From the NCBI GenBank assembly GCA_028824125.1, contig JAPPES010000080.1, positions 580-64,579 of the forward strand: DNA of 64,000 nucleotides, written 5' to 3'. The notes beneath the pieces are model-generated. The model did not search any database. It was not told the origin of the DNA and saw nothing but the letters and a program-made list of their open reading frames with translations. The translations under genes were made by a program, and so were the position numbers. How positions within the stretch are numbered: the first letter of the stretch is position 1; each line of letters starts with the position of its first letter. Source of the DNA: Candidatus Poribacteria bacterium (GTDB lineage: Bacteria > Poribacteria > WGA-4E > WGA-3G). Below are positions 9,997 through 18,532 of the stretch, in pieces.

Positions 9997-11203
9997 AGCG
10001 TTTTACACTGTCCTTAGTGTTCAAAAAAATCTCAACTGTGTAATCTACTACACGTTTAGCATTTGCATAGGTAATAGTCTCGCCAAACAAACCGCAACAA
10101 AATATCATAATACCAATATTTATCAGAATAGGTCCAACGTTTGGAAATCCTATCGTTAGAATACCACCCAATGCAAATAAAACTGCACCGGAAGGACCGA
10201 AATATCGAATAGGACGCCTTGCACAACCATAAATAAAAAAAGAGGCGAGGGGGCTTAAATCCGCAGCTTCACGTTGTGCTTTAGCAAGTGACCATCCTGT
10301 TATCAAGCTAATTCCTATCAGAGAGGTCCCTAATCCAAGGCAACTGACAGCAGCAATAGTAGCAATATTGATCAGAAGTCCCCCGATAATAAAGAAAGGA
10401 AGACTTAGAAACGCAGCGACTCGAAAGACATTAAATTTCGCTTTCATTTGGTTGTGATATGTGTGTTGCGTGAGTGTCTGTTCATTTAGATTAGCATGCC
10501 GCGCAAAAACAGAGAGAATCAACTTAAATGCTAAAATATCTAATAAAACACGCCAAATTCTACCCAGACCATATTTACTTGTCCCGAAACGACGCGGGTG
10601 ATGCTTCACAACAATTTCTGCAATACGCGCACCGACAACCGTAGACATAGCTGGGATGAACCGATGCATCTCTCCATAAAGGGGCACCTGTTTGATAATT
10701 TCAGCTCGGTATGCTTTGAGGGAACAACCGTTGTCATGAATCGCAACGCCTGTCACCTTACTAATTATCCAATTAGCAACGACAGAGGGAACTCGCCTTG
10801 TCCAAAATTTGTCCTGCCGTTCTTTTCGCCATCCACATACCAGATCATAATCTTCGTCAAGTTTTTCAAGTAGATTCGGAATATCTGCAGGGTCATTTTG
10901 CAAATCACCATCCATGCTGATAATACGCTCGCCTTGGGCGAATTCAAAACCCGCTGCCATCGCAGCTGTCTGACCAGCATTCTCTTGAAATCGGATTACA
11001 GCTAAGTGCGGTTCCTGATTACGCAATTTAGAAAGCACCTCAAAGGTGTTATCATGACTCCCGTCGTCTACAAAAAGCACTTCATACGTTTTACCAATTG
11101 ACTCACATACCGCCCGAATCTTCTTATACAGTGGAACTACGTTTTCCGCCTCGTTGTAAACCGGGACAACAATTGATAGATATGGTTTTTGTGTAGCGTT
11201 CAA
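9980..11203 (-). CDS. GT2 polyprenol-phosphate glycosyltransferase with a C-terminal multi-TM extension
   Basis: LSIVVPVYNEAENVVPLYKKI...VLFVDDGSHDNTFEVL...DGDLQNDP is the DPM1/ArnC-like GT-A signature. The C-terminal 130 aa are hydrophobic (FLSLPFFIIGGLLINIATIAAVSCLGLG...). It shares an ATGA overlap with the upstream nucleotidyltransferase. Confidence 0.8.
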   Translation of the reverse strand: MNATQKPYLSIVVPVYNEAENVVPLYKKIRAVCESIGKTYEVLFVDDGSHDNTFEVLSKLRNQEPHLAVIRFQENAGQTAAMAAGFEFAQGERIISMDGDLQNDPADIPNLLEKLDEDYDLVCGWRKERQDKFWTRRVPSVVANWIISKVTGVAIHDNGCSLKAYRAEIIKQVPLYGEMHRFIPAMSTVVGARIAEIVVKHHPRRFGTSKYGLGRIWRVLLDILAFKLILSVFARHANLNEQTLTQHTYHNQMKAKFNVFRVAAFLSLPFFIIGGLLINIATIAAVSCLGLGTSLIGISLITGWSLAKAQREAADLSPLASFFIYGCARRPIRYFGPSGAVLFALGGILTIGFPNVGPILINIGIMIFCCGLFGETITYANAKRVVDYTVEIFLNTKDSVKRFEDVS

Positions 11204-11949
11204 TGCGACTCCTTCCGATTTAAAAGAATCTGATGTGCTTCAGCAAGAGAATCAAAGGTGCCCGCATCAATCCATTCACCCTGTAAAAAACTATATTCAA
11301 GTTGTCCGCGATTAATATAAACATTGTTAACCGCAGTAATTTCGTATTCCCCACGTGCCGACGGTTCAATTGTCCGGATGACATCAAATACGATTGAGTC
11401 GTAAAAATAGATACCCACTACCGCGTAATTACTTTTGGGTTGCTCCGGTTTTTCTTCAATTTCTACAATTCGATTCGCATTTAAGGTTGCCACCCCATAA
11501 CGTTCTGGGTCATCAACTTTCTTCAGAAGAACACGGGCACCTGTTTGTTGTGCGTGAAAATCAGAAACGGCTTGTTGAATTGAGGACTCAAAAATATTGT
11601 CTCCCAATAAGACTGCTATTCTACCTCCTGCAGCGAACCCTTCAGCTAAGGCAAGAGCATTGGCAATACCTTTCGCTTCCTCCTGCACTTTATAGGTGAA
11701 TTCGCACCCGAAATCTTTTCCACTCCCCAACGCGTTTACAAAATCCCCTACGTAACCTGGATTTGTAACAATAAGAATATCGGTGATTCCTGCTTCTGTA
11801 AGTTGTCTGACACAGTGAAAAACCATCGGTTCATTACCAACAGGCAGCAGATGTTTGCTGGTAACCTTCGTCAGCGGATATAAACGGGTACCTAAACCTC
11901 CTGCAAGGATTACCCCTCTTAGTATTGCTTCTTTTGTGGTTTTCGACAT
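11200..11949 (-). CDS. Sugar-phosphate (or LicC-like) nucleotidyltransferase
   Basis: 249 aa. AILRGVILAGGLGTRLYPLTKVTSKHLLPVGNEPMV is the G-x-G-T-R-L nucleotidyltransferase motif. The size matches short RfbF/LicC-type enzymes. Confidence 0.8.
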   Translation of the reverse strand: MSKTTKEAILRGVILAGGLGTRLYPLTKVTSKHLLPVGNEPMVFHCVRQLTEAGITDILIVTNPGYVGDFVNALGSGKDFGCEFTYKVQEEAKGIANALALAEGFAAGGRIAVLLGDNIFESSIQQAVSDFHAQQTGARVLLKKVDDPERYGVATLNANRIVEIEEKPEQPKSNYAVVGIYFYDSIVFDVIRTIEPSARGEYEITAVNNVYINRGQLEYSFLQGEWIDAGTFDSLAEAHQILLNRKESH

Positions 11950-11998
11950 TAGTCAGTTTCGAACGCAATTCACTACATGGAATCACGTCAGCACCTCA

Positions 11999-12901
11999 TT
12001 ATGCGTTTTTTCCACGCCCGGGGAATGTTAACTCTGCAACACCAGACTTATCTAAATCACCCAAGCCAAGTTCAATCATCTGATCATACTGATCTTTCGT
12101 TGCTTGCGCCAGTGGAAGTGCAATGCCCGCATCATCCGCAAGGTCAAGCGCGATCCCCGAATCTTTTGAGGCATGGGCAGCTGAAAAATAACATTCATGA
12201 TCGCGTATCTGCATGTCCTCACCGTCTGTCTCTAAGACGCGAGAGTTTGCGCCAGTTTGTGCGAACACTTCCTGCAACATTTCCAAATCCAGACCAAGCG
12301 CAGCCCCTAATCCGAGTCCTTCCGCGAGCCCCGCAGTGTTGATGTTCATCACCATGTTGACCAATGCTTTTACTTGCGCAGCCTTGCCTGCTTCGCCGAT
12401 ATAACGGAGGGAAACACTCATTGAATCCAAAATTGTGCGCGCTTTGTCAAAAGTCTCTTTTTTACCACCACACATTAAATAAAGTGTGCCTTCGCGCGCC
12501 TGTGTAATGCTGCTCGCCATACACCCCTCAAGACTTTTCGCACCATGTTTCTCTGCAAGACTTTCAATATCTACATGAACTTGTGGGCTAATTGTAGCAC
12601 AATTAATAAATACTTTTCCTGATGCTCCCTTAAGCAAACTATCATCTGCATCATCGGAATAAATCTGCCGCATTGCATCGTCATCTGTCACAACAGTAAT
12701 GATGTAATCTGCAAGTTCAGTGACCTGTGCTAATTTATCTGCAGCCGTTGCCCCAAGTTCTGTCGCCAATTCCTGTGCCCGTTCACTTGCCACATCGGAT
12801 ACAACAACCACTTTAAACCCTTCGTCATTAAGGTGTCGGGCGATGTTCGCTCCCATTCTGCCGACACCTACAACGCCAATTTTATAATCTGCGTTTGCCA
12901 T
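11999..12901 (-). CDS. NAD(P)-dependent 3-hydroxyisobutyrate / 2-hydroxy-3-oxopropionate reductase family dehydrogenase
   Basis: 300 aa. MANADYKIGVVGVGRMGANIARHL is a Rossmann GxGxxG. The overall layout matches the HIBADH/6-PGDH NAD-binding family. Confidence 0.8.
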   Translation of the reverse strand: MANADYKIGVVGVGRMGANIARHLNDEGFKVVVVSDVASERAQELATELGATAADKLAQVTELADYIITVVTDDDAMRQIYSDDADDSLLKGASGKVFINCATISPQVHVDIESLAEKHGAKSLEGCMASSITQAREGTLYLMCGGKKETFDKARTILDSMSVSLRYIGEAGKAAQVKALVNMVMNINTAGLAEGLGLGAALGLDLEMLQEVFAQTGANSRVLETDGEDMQIRDHECYFSAAHASKDSGIALDLADDAGIALPLAQATKDQYDQMIELGLGDLDKSGVAELTFPGRGKNA

Positions 12902-13067
12902 ATTCGCCTCCGTACTCTATAATCAAGGTTTATAAAAGGAAATACAATCTACTATAAGTTTGCTGTTAAATCATTGTATAAATTTTACGCTGATTTGTCA
13001 ACAGGTTTGTTGCACAGTAAAAAAATGACTCCGTCACTTACTAAAAATTATAAAACAGTACTTTTTT

Positions 13068-13095
13068 CTTGACAATTTTTGTGTAGCTGCTATAC
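13068..13095 (+). promoter_or_regulatory. sigma70-like promoter candidate (TTGACA-N16-TATACT) for the TPR lipoprotein gene
   Basis: ttgaca at 13068-13073 and tatact at 13090-13095, about 85 nt upstream of ATG 13181. A GAGGAGG RBS sits 8 nt before the start. Confidence 0.35.
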
Positions 13096-13180
13096 TAAAA
13101 CTATAATCACAAACCAGTAAACTTTATTAACTTATATACTGGTAGGTTTTCATTATCATTCCTGAGGAGGACTAACAACG

Positions 13181-14584
13181 ATGACCCGTTACACCCTTGA
13201 TTTCGTTCTAAGCATAAACCGAAGCTATCTTATTATTCTCATACTCGGCATGTTTGCGATAACATATATCGGTTGCGTAGGCGGCGTTGACATCGTACCA
13301 CTGAGTGCGAAAATTCAAAACGCTGATAATGCCTTTGATGAAGCAGAAGCCGTTTCTACCCGGTCAGATGACCCAGAAGAAAAACGGAAGATACGCGCCA
13401 GGCAGCAAAAAGCTTATGATAGAGCGATGTCCCTTTACCTTGAAGTCATTGCAAAAGACGTTAAAGGAAAATACGCTCAGCGAGCCCACTATCAAATCGC
13501 AAAAATCTACAAGAAGCATTATGAGTGGGATAAAGCAAATGAGCATTATCAAGCAATTATTGAACTTGATCCAACAGGATACTATGCAAGTGAAGCAAAA
13601 AGTAGCCTTTCGAATATTCGCAAGAACCGTGAATTAATTGCGCAGGAACTCGCGAATTATCAAAACTATAAAGCCCTTTATGACATTGAAAAAAGTGATG
13701 AAACCTATGATATTGCCGCAAAGTCGCTCTATAAGGTTGCCCAGGCGTATGAAACATTAGAAAATTTTCCCGAAGCCATCACAACTTTTGAGAGAATGGC
13801 CAAGGAATTTGCAGAGCATCCTCAAGCACCACAAGCGCAATTTCAAGTGGGAAACATCTATTTTTACAAATTGTATGATTACACGAATTCTGGTGGTTGG
13901 GGTGCTTTTATAGCAGTTAACGATAAATTTCCTGACACTTTTGAAGCTCAACAGGTAAAAAGTAAATTGATCGAGGCTAAAGATCTCTTAACTGACATCA
14001 AAAAGTACCAAGATGAAATTCGGCGTTACAGGAGCAAAAAAGCACAAGAATTTGAAAAACTTGGGAGATATGTGCGGCCATCCGAAAAATGGCTGATGGG
14101 AAAAGTCGAACTTGTTGTTCAGCTTTATCAACAAATCGCACGGAACTGGAAAAAACTCCGCCACTATCCATACGCTATCGAAACGTATAAGGAGTTAATA
14201 CGCGATCTTTCACACAAAAAGTTTGCTGTTTCTGATGCGCTATACCAAGTTGGTGCACTTTACCAGCAAAGTGGTCAATACGAACGTGCAATTCAAGCTT
14301 ATGACAATCTGCTTGAAGAGGCACCACAATCCACTTGGCTCAATGAATCTATATATCAACAAGCAGTTTGCTATCGCGCTATTCGTGAATTTGGTTCCGC
14401 TTACAAAGGATTCAAGACATATATGAGCCTCACCAAAGGTGACACTCCCTACTTCCGAGAAGCGGAGCAAATTATCCGTCAGTATGAACTTGACCAAGAC
14501 CAAGACGGTTATAAGTTCTATGAGGAACAGGAAAGTGGCACCTCGGATCAAGACCCAAACTCATATCCTGTCGTAAAAAATTAA
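13181..14584 (+). CDS. Tetratricopeptide-repeat lipoprotein
   Basis: 467 aa. Signal/lipobox ILILGMFAITYIGC. Multiple TPR-like A/Y/L periodicities (AHYQIAKIYKKHYEWDKANEHYQAIIELDP, LYQVGALYQQSGQYERAIQAYDNLLEEAP). Confidence 0.75.
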   Translation: MTRYTLDFVLSINRSYLIILILGMFAITYIGCVGGVDIVPLSAKIQNADNAFDEAEAVSTRSDDPEEKRKIRARQQKAYDRAMSLYLEVIAKDVKGKYAQRAHYQIAKIYKKHYEWDKANEHYQAIIELDPTGYYASEAKSSLSNIRKNRELIAQELANYQNYKALYDIEKSDETYDIAAKSLYKVAQAYETLENFPEAITTFERMAKEFAEHPQAPQAQFQVGNIYFYKLYDYTNSGGWGAFIAVNDKFPDTFEAQQVKSKLIEAKDLLTDIKKYQDEIRRYRSKKAQEFEKLGRYVRPSEKWLMGKVELVVQLYQQIARNWKKLRHYPYAIETYKELIRDLSHKKFAVSDALYQVGALYQQSGQYERAIQAYDNLLEEAPQSTWLNESIYQQAVCYRAIREFGSAYKGFKTYMSLTKGDTPYFREAEQIIRQYELDQDQDGYKFYEEQESGTSDQDPNSYPVVKN

Positions 14585-14627
14585 AGATTTTGGTGATTGA
14601 AACTTCTGTGAAGGTTGAACAGAAGGG

Positions 14628-14651
14628 ATAGCACAAACTGTTAGTTTGTAC
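14628..14651. repeat. Host palindrome P (ATAGCACAAACTGTTAGTTTGTAC), an unoccupied site
   Basis: gcacaaactg / tagtttgt(a)c is an inverted repeat immediately downstream of the TPR gene stop. A half-site gacgcaaactaaag lies at 14659-14676. Confidence 0.6.
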
Positions 14652-14752
14652 TCTATGAGACGCAAACTAAAGTGAACTTTGAAATTATTGGGACACTTTG
14701 ATAAATCTATTTTGGAACATTACGGACAATAGAGGTTGTAGCACAAACTGTA

Positions 14753-15009
14753 TGAAGATTAATTTATTTATTCGGTAATTTTTCATTATGCATATTCGGA
14801 ACATTTTAAGTGATCTTTAGTCCCGTAGGGACGATATGTTTATAGCAGCGCGGACGACCTCATCCCCTTAGTCCCGTAGGGACGATATGTGTCCGCCAAC
14901 GACATATTTTTACATATCGTCCCTACGGGACTGAAGAGGCGTTGTTCAACGTTTTTCTATAAACATATCGTCCCTACAGGACTAAAGAAATTACCGAAAT
15001 ATTTATTTA
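14753..15009. mobile_element. MITE family 1, full-length copy (~257 bp) with TIRs TGAAGATTAATTTATTTATTCGGTAAT / ATTACCGAAATATTTATTTA, inserted in the centre of a P palindrome
   Basis: Left flank tgtagcacaaactgta, right flank gtttgcgctaca. The internal double-hairpin core matches 8627-8800. It is the near-exact reverse complement of 52141-52405 (for example cgatatgtttatagcagcgcggacgacctcat versus atgaggtcgtccgcgctgctataaacatatcg). No ORF. Confidence 0.75.
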
Positions 15010-15055
15010 GTTTGCGCTACAGAGTGTCCCATTAATTGTAGGTTTTACTATAAAT

Positions 15056-15171
15056 AAAGATTAATTTATTTATTCGGTAATTTTCTGTCCAATGCAGGTG
15101 TACCCGCCTGCTGGTGAGGTTTCCTAACCTCGCCACATTACCGATTTATTTTCTTAAACTTCAAACAGTTT
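15056..15171. mobile_element. MITE family 2 copy (TIR ...TTATTCGGTAAT, core hairpin GGTGAGGTT-tcct-AACCTCGCC), flanked by a 28-bp direct duplication
   Basis: gtttgcgctacagagtgtcccattaatt occurs at 15010-15038 and again at 15168-15196 on either side of the element. The stem has a T-G (U-G) wobble. Confidence 0.65.
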
Positions 15172-15212
15172 GCGCTACAGAGTGTCCCATTAATTATATG
15201 TTCACTATACCT

Positions 15213-15364
15213 AACCCAAGTTGCCACCTATTGCGAATGCTCTTGTCCGAGGGGTTTCTAACCCCGATGTATAACAGAAAACATAAGTATCAGCGGAAAT
15301 ACCTTGTTTTTTAGTAAAAAGCAGTGTCCGCCATCTCGAAATCTTGTCCGTAGCAACTTAGGTT
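15213..15364. mobile_element. MITE family 4 copy (~152 bp; TIRs AACCCAAGTTGCCAC / GTAGCAACTTAGGTT)
   Basis: Near-identical to 20272-20427 and 46890-47043. Internal hairpin ggggtttctaacccc. No ORF. Confidence 0.75.
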
Positions 15365-15453
15365 ATAATTATAGGTTTCACTATATCTTTAAAGTAAGTG
15401 AAAAAGAGTACGCAGCAAATCCATCATTTATTTTTGTGACAATAAACGCATTG

Positions 15454-16275
15454 TCACAAAAATAAATGAACACGAGAATGTTCTGCAGTCGGCAATCTTT
15501 TGAAAACTTCTTGCTGGATTAACTCATGTGTATAACGGCGCGAGAAGTGATGTAAGACAATACATTCGCTCTCAAAATGTTCTAACAGAGACGGTAACAT
15601 CTCCAGGTGCAAATGTTTCGTTTTCTTAGCCCGCTCACGATGTTCAGGTGTAATAAAGGTACATTCACAAATCAGCAGTTTACACTGGGTGAGAAGTGGG
15701 TGCGCGTCAAGCGTTATGCCGCATGTATCACCTAAATAAGCAACTAAAGGCAACTGTACCTCGTATGTAATTTCAACACCTGAACGCTTGAGTGCCACAA
15801 TTTCTCTACTTGATAAATCGTGGTATTCGGGTTTCAGTTTTTTGCGAACTTCACAAATCAGATAAGATACAGCCGGAACACTGTGGTTCCCCGGTAGAAT
15901 GTGGGCAATTAAATTTTGCCGAAACGAAATAGAATCACCCGCTTCTACTGGTGTAAGTTGATAACCCCAATTTCGCCCCCCATCTAACGTAGAAATCTTG
16001 TCAAGGATGTTCTTCAATTGCTTGAACCCGCTTAACGGAACGAAGATATTTCCTGGCGGTATTCCAGCAAGCCAACGTTGACTTATATAGATGGGTAATC
16101 CAAAATAGTGATCAAGATGGAAATGTGAAATAAAAACATGGTTCGTCCCGATAAAATGTATTGGGCACCTGCCCAAATCAAAAATTAGATCAAGTTCCTT
16201 TATCCTGATGTAAGTCGCAACAGCTGAACTTGATCTTCCTTCAAGCACCCAATTTCCATATTGTAGCAATGGCAT
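15454..16275 (-). CDS. MBL-fold metallo-hydrolase (RNase Z-like short form)
   Basis: 273 aa. FISHFHLDHYFGLP is the HxHxDH zinc motif of the metallo-beta-lactamase superfamily. Confidence 0.75.
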   Translation of the reverse strand: MPLLQYGNWVLEGRSSSAVATYIRIKELDLIFDLGRCPIHFIGTNHVFISHFHLDHYFGLPIYISQRWLAGIPPGNIFVPLSGFKQLKNILDKISTLDGGRNWGYQLTPVEAGDSISFRQNLIAHILPGNHSVPAVSYLICEVRKKLKPEYHDLSSREIVALKRSGVEITYEVQLPLVAYLGDTCGITLDAHPLLTQCKLLICECTFITPEHRERAKKTKHLHLEMLPSLLEHFESECIVLHHFSRRYTHELIQQEVFKRLPTAEHSRVHLFL

Positions 16276-16328
16276 AATTAATCAAAAGCACAATTCTTTT
16301 TTGCTTTTCCTTTGGAGAATAAAAATAG

Positions 16329-17192
16329 ATGCATATCAAAATCGGCATAATCGGTGGTAGCGGATTTTACCAAATGGACGGTTTGACCGACATTGAAACA
16401 ATCGAGATAGAAACCTCTTTCGGCAAACCGAGTGATAAATTGATTCTCGGTAATCTTGATGGACGACCAGTAGCTTTTTTACCGCGTCATGGTGTAGGAC
16501 ACCCACTCCTTCCTTCTGATATTAATGTCCGTGCCAACATTTATGCCCTAAAATCGTTAGGTGTAGAATGGCTCATCTCCGTCAGCGCGGTAGGTAGTCT
16601 CAAGCAAGAAATTGAACCACGTCACTTTGTTGTGCCGGATCAACTTTACGACCACACCAAAAATCGAGAATCAACTTTTTTCGGTGACGGTATTGCCGCC
16701 CACATTAGCCTTGCACACCCGTTTTGCGCACACCTAAGCACACTTCTATACAGTGCTGCGACAGAAGTTGGCGCAACCGTCCACAATGGCGGCACCTATA
16801 TCTGTATGGAAGGCCCCGCGTTTTCTACACAGGCAGAATCCAATGTTTACAGGCACCTCGGTTTTGACATTATCGGCATGACCGCAGCACCGGAAGCCAA
16901 GCTTGCGCGCGAGGCTGAAATCTGTTACGCAGTCCTTGCATGTTCTACCGACTACGATTGCTGGCACCCTGAACATGATAACGTTACCACTGAGATGATT
17001 TTGGATAACCTTCGTTCAAATGTAGAAATATCTAAGAAGACTGTTCGGAATTTAGTGTCAAAAATCTCAGATGAACAACGCGATTGCGCTTGCAGCAGTG
17101 CCCTTCAATTCGCCATCGCTACACAACAAGACAAGATTCCCATCGCCAAACGGCATCAGTTAAAACTTCTATTGGATAAGTACCTGGTGTAA
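16329..17192 (+). CDS. mtnP: S-methyl-5'-thioadenosine phosphorylase
   Basis: MHIKIGIIGGSGFY...ILGNLDGRPVAFLPRHGVGH...GMTAAPEAKLAREAEICYA... is collinear with MTAP/PNP-family phosphorylases at 287 aa. Confidence 0.9.
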   Translation: MHIKIGIIGGSGFYQMDGLTDIETIEIETSFGKPSDKLILGNLDGRPVAFLPRHGVGHPLLPSDINVRANIYALKSLGVEWLISVSAVGSLKQEIEPRHFVVPDQLYDHTKNRESTFFGDGIAAHISLAHPFCAHLSTLLYSAATEVGATVHNGGTYICMEGPAFSTQAESNVYRHLGFDIIGMTAAPEAKLAREAEICYAVLACSTDYDCWHPEHDNVTTEMILDNLRSNVEISKKTVRNLVSKISDEQRDCACSSALQFAIATQQDKIPIAKRHQLKLLLDKYLV

Positions 17193-18512
17193 CGTGTTAA
17201 AAATCCTATCTGCTTCCGATTCAGTAAGAATAAGCGGAGGCGCGAAATATATGATATTTTCAGGTTCATCAACAGCGTGCCCGATTTTCCCAACAATAAT
17301 CCCTTTTTCTCTCAATTGTCCCACGATGTGGTTCGTTTTTGCGGTTTCAAGATGTGAGCCATCGGTTTGAATGAGTTCTACAGCAAGCATCAAACCTTTA
17401 CCGCGCACATCGCCAACAATAGGTAGTGATTTTAACGTCTTTAGTTTTTCAAGCAGATAACCACCGACCTTTTCAGCGTTTTCCCAGAGACGTTCTGATT
17501 GTAAAATGTTCAGATTTGCTACACCAGCAGCACAGGCAACAGGATGTCCGCCATACGTACAAACTTGGGAAAATTCCCGATTTTCATCAGAATCCCCAAG
17601 AAATGTGTTGAATACAGAAGTGGAAGCGACACATGCGCCGAGTGGAATGTAGCCGCTTGTCAACCCCTTCGCAAGCGTGATGAGGTCTGGCTGTACGTCC
17701 CAATGCTCACAAGCAAACATTTTTCCTGTCCGTCCGAAGCCCGTAATAACTTCATCAAGAATGAGCAACAACCCATAATCATCACAGATTTTTCGTATTT
17801 TGGGGAAATACTCGTCAGATGGTACAATCACACCGCCTCCACCGATGATAGGTTCAGCGATAACTGCAATCACGGTTTCGGGACCCTCCAACTGGATTAT
17901 CCGTTCAATTTCATCTGCACATGCATCATTACAGGATTGATAGTCTAAACCGATCGGACACCTATAGCAATAGGGTGGAGTCGCATGAAGGAATCCAGGT
18001 ACCAGCGGTTCAAACGCTTTCCGTCTGCGTGCCTGCCCCGTTGCTGACATCGCACCATAAGTAAATCCGTGATAGCCACGATATCTGCTTATTATTTTGT
18101 AGCGATTCTCTCCAGGATAAGTTTGTCTACCGTACTGACGCGCAATTTTAATCGCGGTTTCGTTCGCTTCGGACCCACTATTGCAAAAATAGACATGATT
18201 CAAATCGCCAGGAAGACAAGCGGCCAACTGCGCTGCTAATTCAGTCGCAGGCACATTAATCTGTGCATGTGGATAGTAACACAATTCCTGTATTTGTGCA
18301 TAAACCGCATCTGCAATTTCTTGTCTTCCGTAACCGACATTGACATTCCACAGTGCCGAATACGCATCTAAGTATTCATTTCCCTCTGCATCTATCAGAG
18401 TTGTGCCATGTGCCGATTTAAAAACCAACAGATCCGTTTCGTCGAGACGTTGGTGTTGGAACAGTGGATGCCACACATGGGCTTTGTCAATTTCTTTATA
18501 ATTTTTTTCCAT
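17169..18512 (-). CDS. Class III (omega) aminotransferase, PLP-dependent
   Basis: 447 aa. ...FCNSGSEANETAIKIAR..., ...LLILDEVITGFGRTGKMFACEHW... is the class-III aminotransferase core with the PLP lysine in TGFGRTGK. Its 3' end overlaps mtnP convergently by 24 nt. Confidence 0.8.
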   Translation of the reverse strand: MEKNYKEIDKAHVWHPLFQHQRLDETDLLVFKSAHGTTLIDAEGNEYLDAYSALWNVNVGYGRQEIADAVYAQIQELCYYPHAQINVPATELAAQLAACLPGDLNHVYFCNSGSEANETAIKIARQYGRQTYPGENRYKIISRYRGYHGFTYGAMSATGQARRRKAFEPLVPGFLHATPPYCYRCPIGLDYQSCNDACADEIERIIQLEGPETVIAVIAEPIIGGGGVIVPSDEYFPKIRKICDDYGLLLILDEVITGFGRTGKMFACEHWDVQPDLITLAKGLTSGYIPLGACVASTSVFNTFLGDSDENREFSQVCTYGGHPVACAAGVANLNILQSERLWENAEKVGGYLLEKLKTLKSLPIVGDVRGKGLMLAVELIQTDGSHLETAKTNHIVGQLREKGIIVGKIGHAVDEPENIIYFAPPLILTESEADRIFNTLHQVLIQ

Positions 18513-18532
18513 TTTAGAAATCTCCGTTAAAG

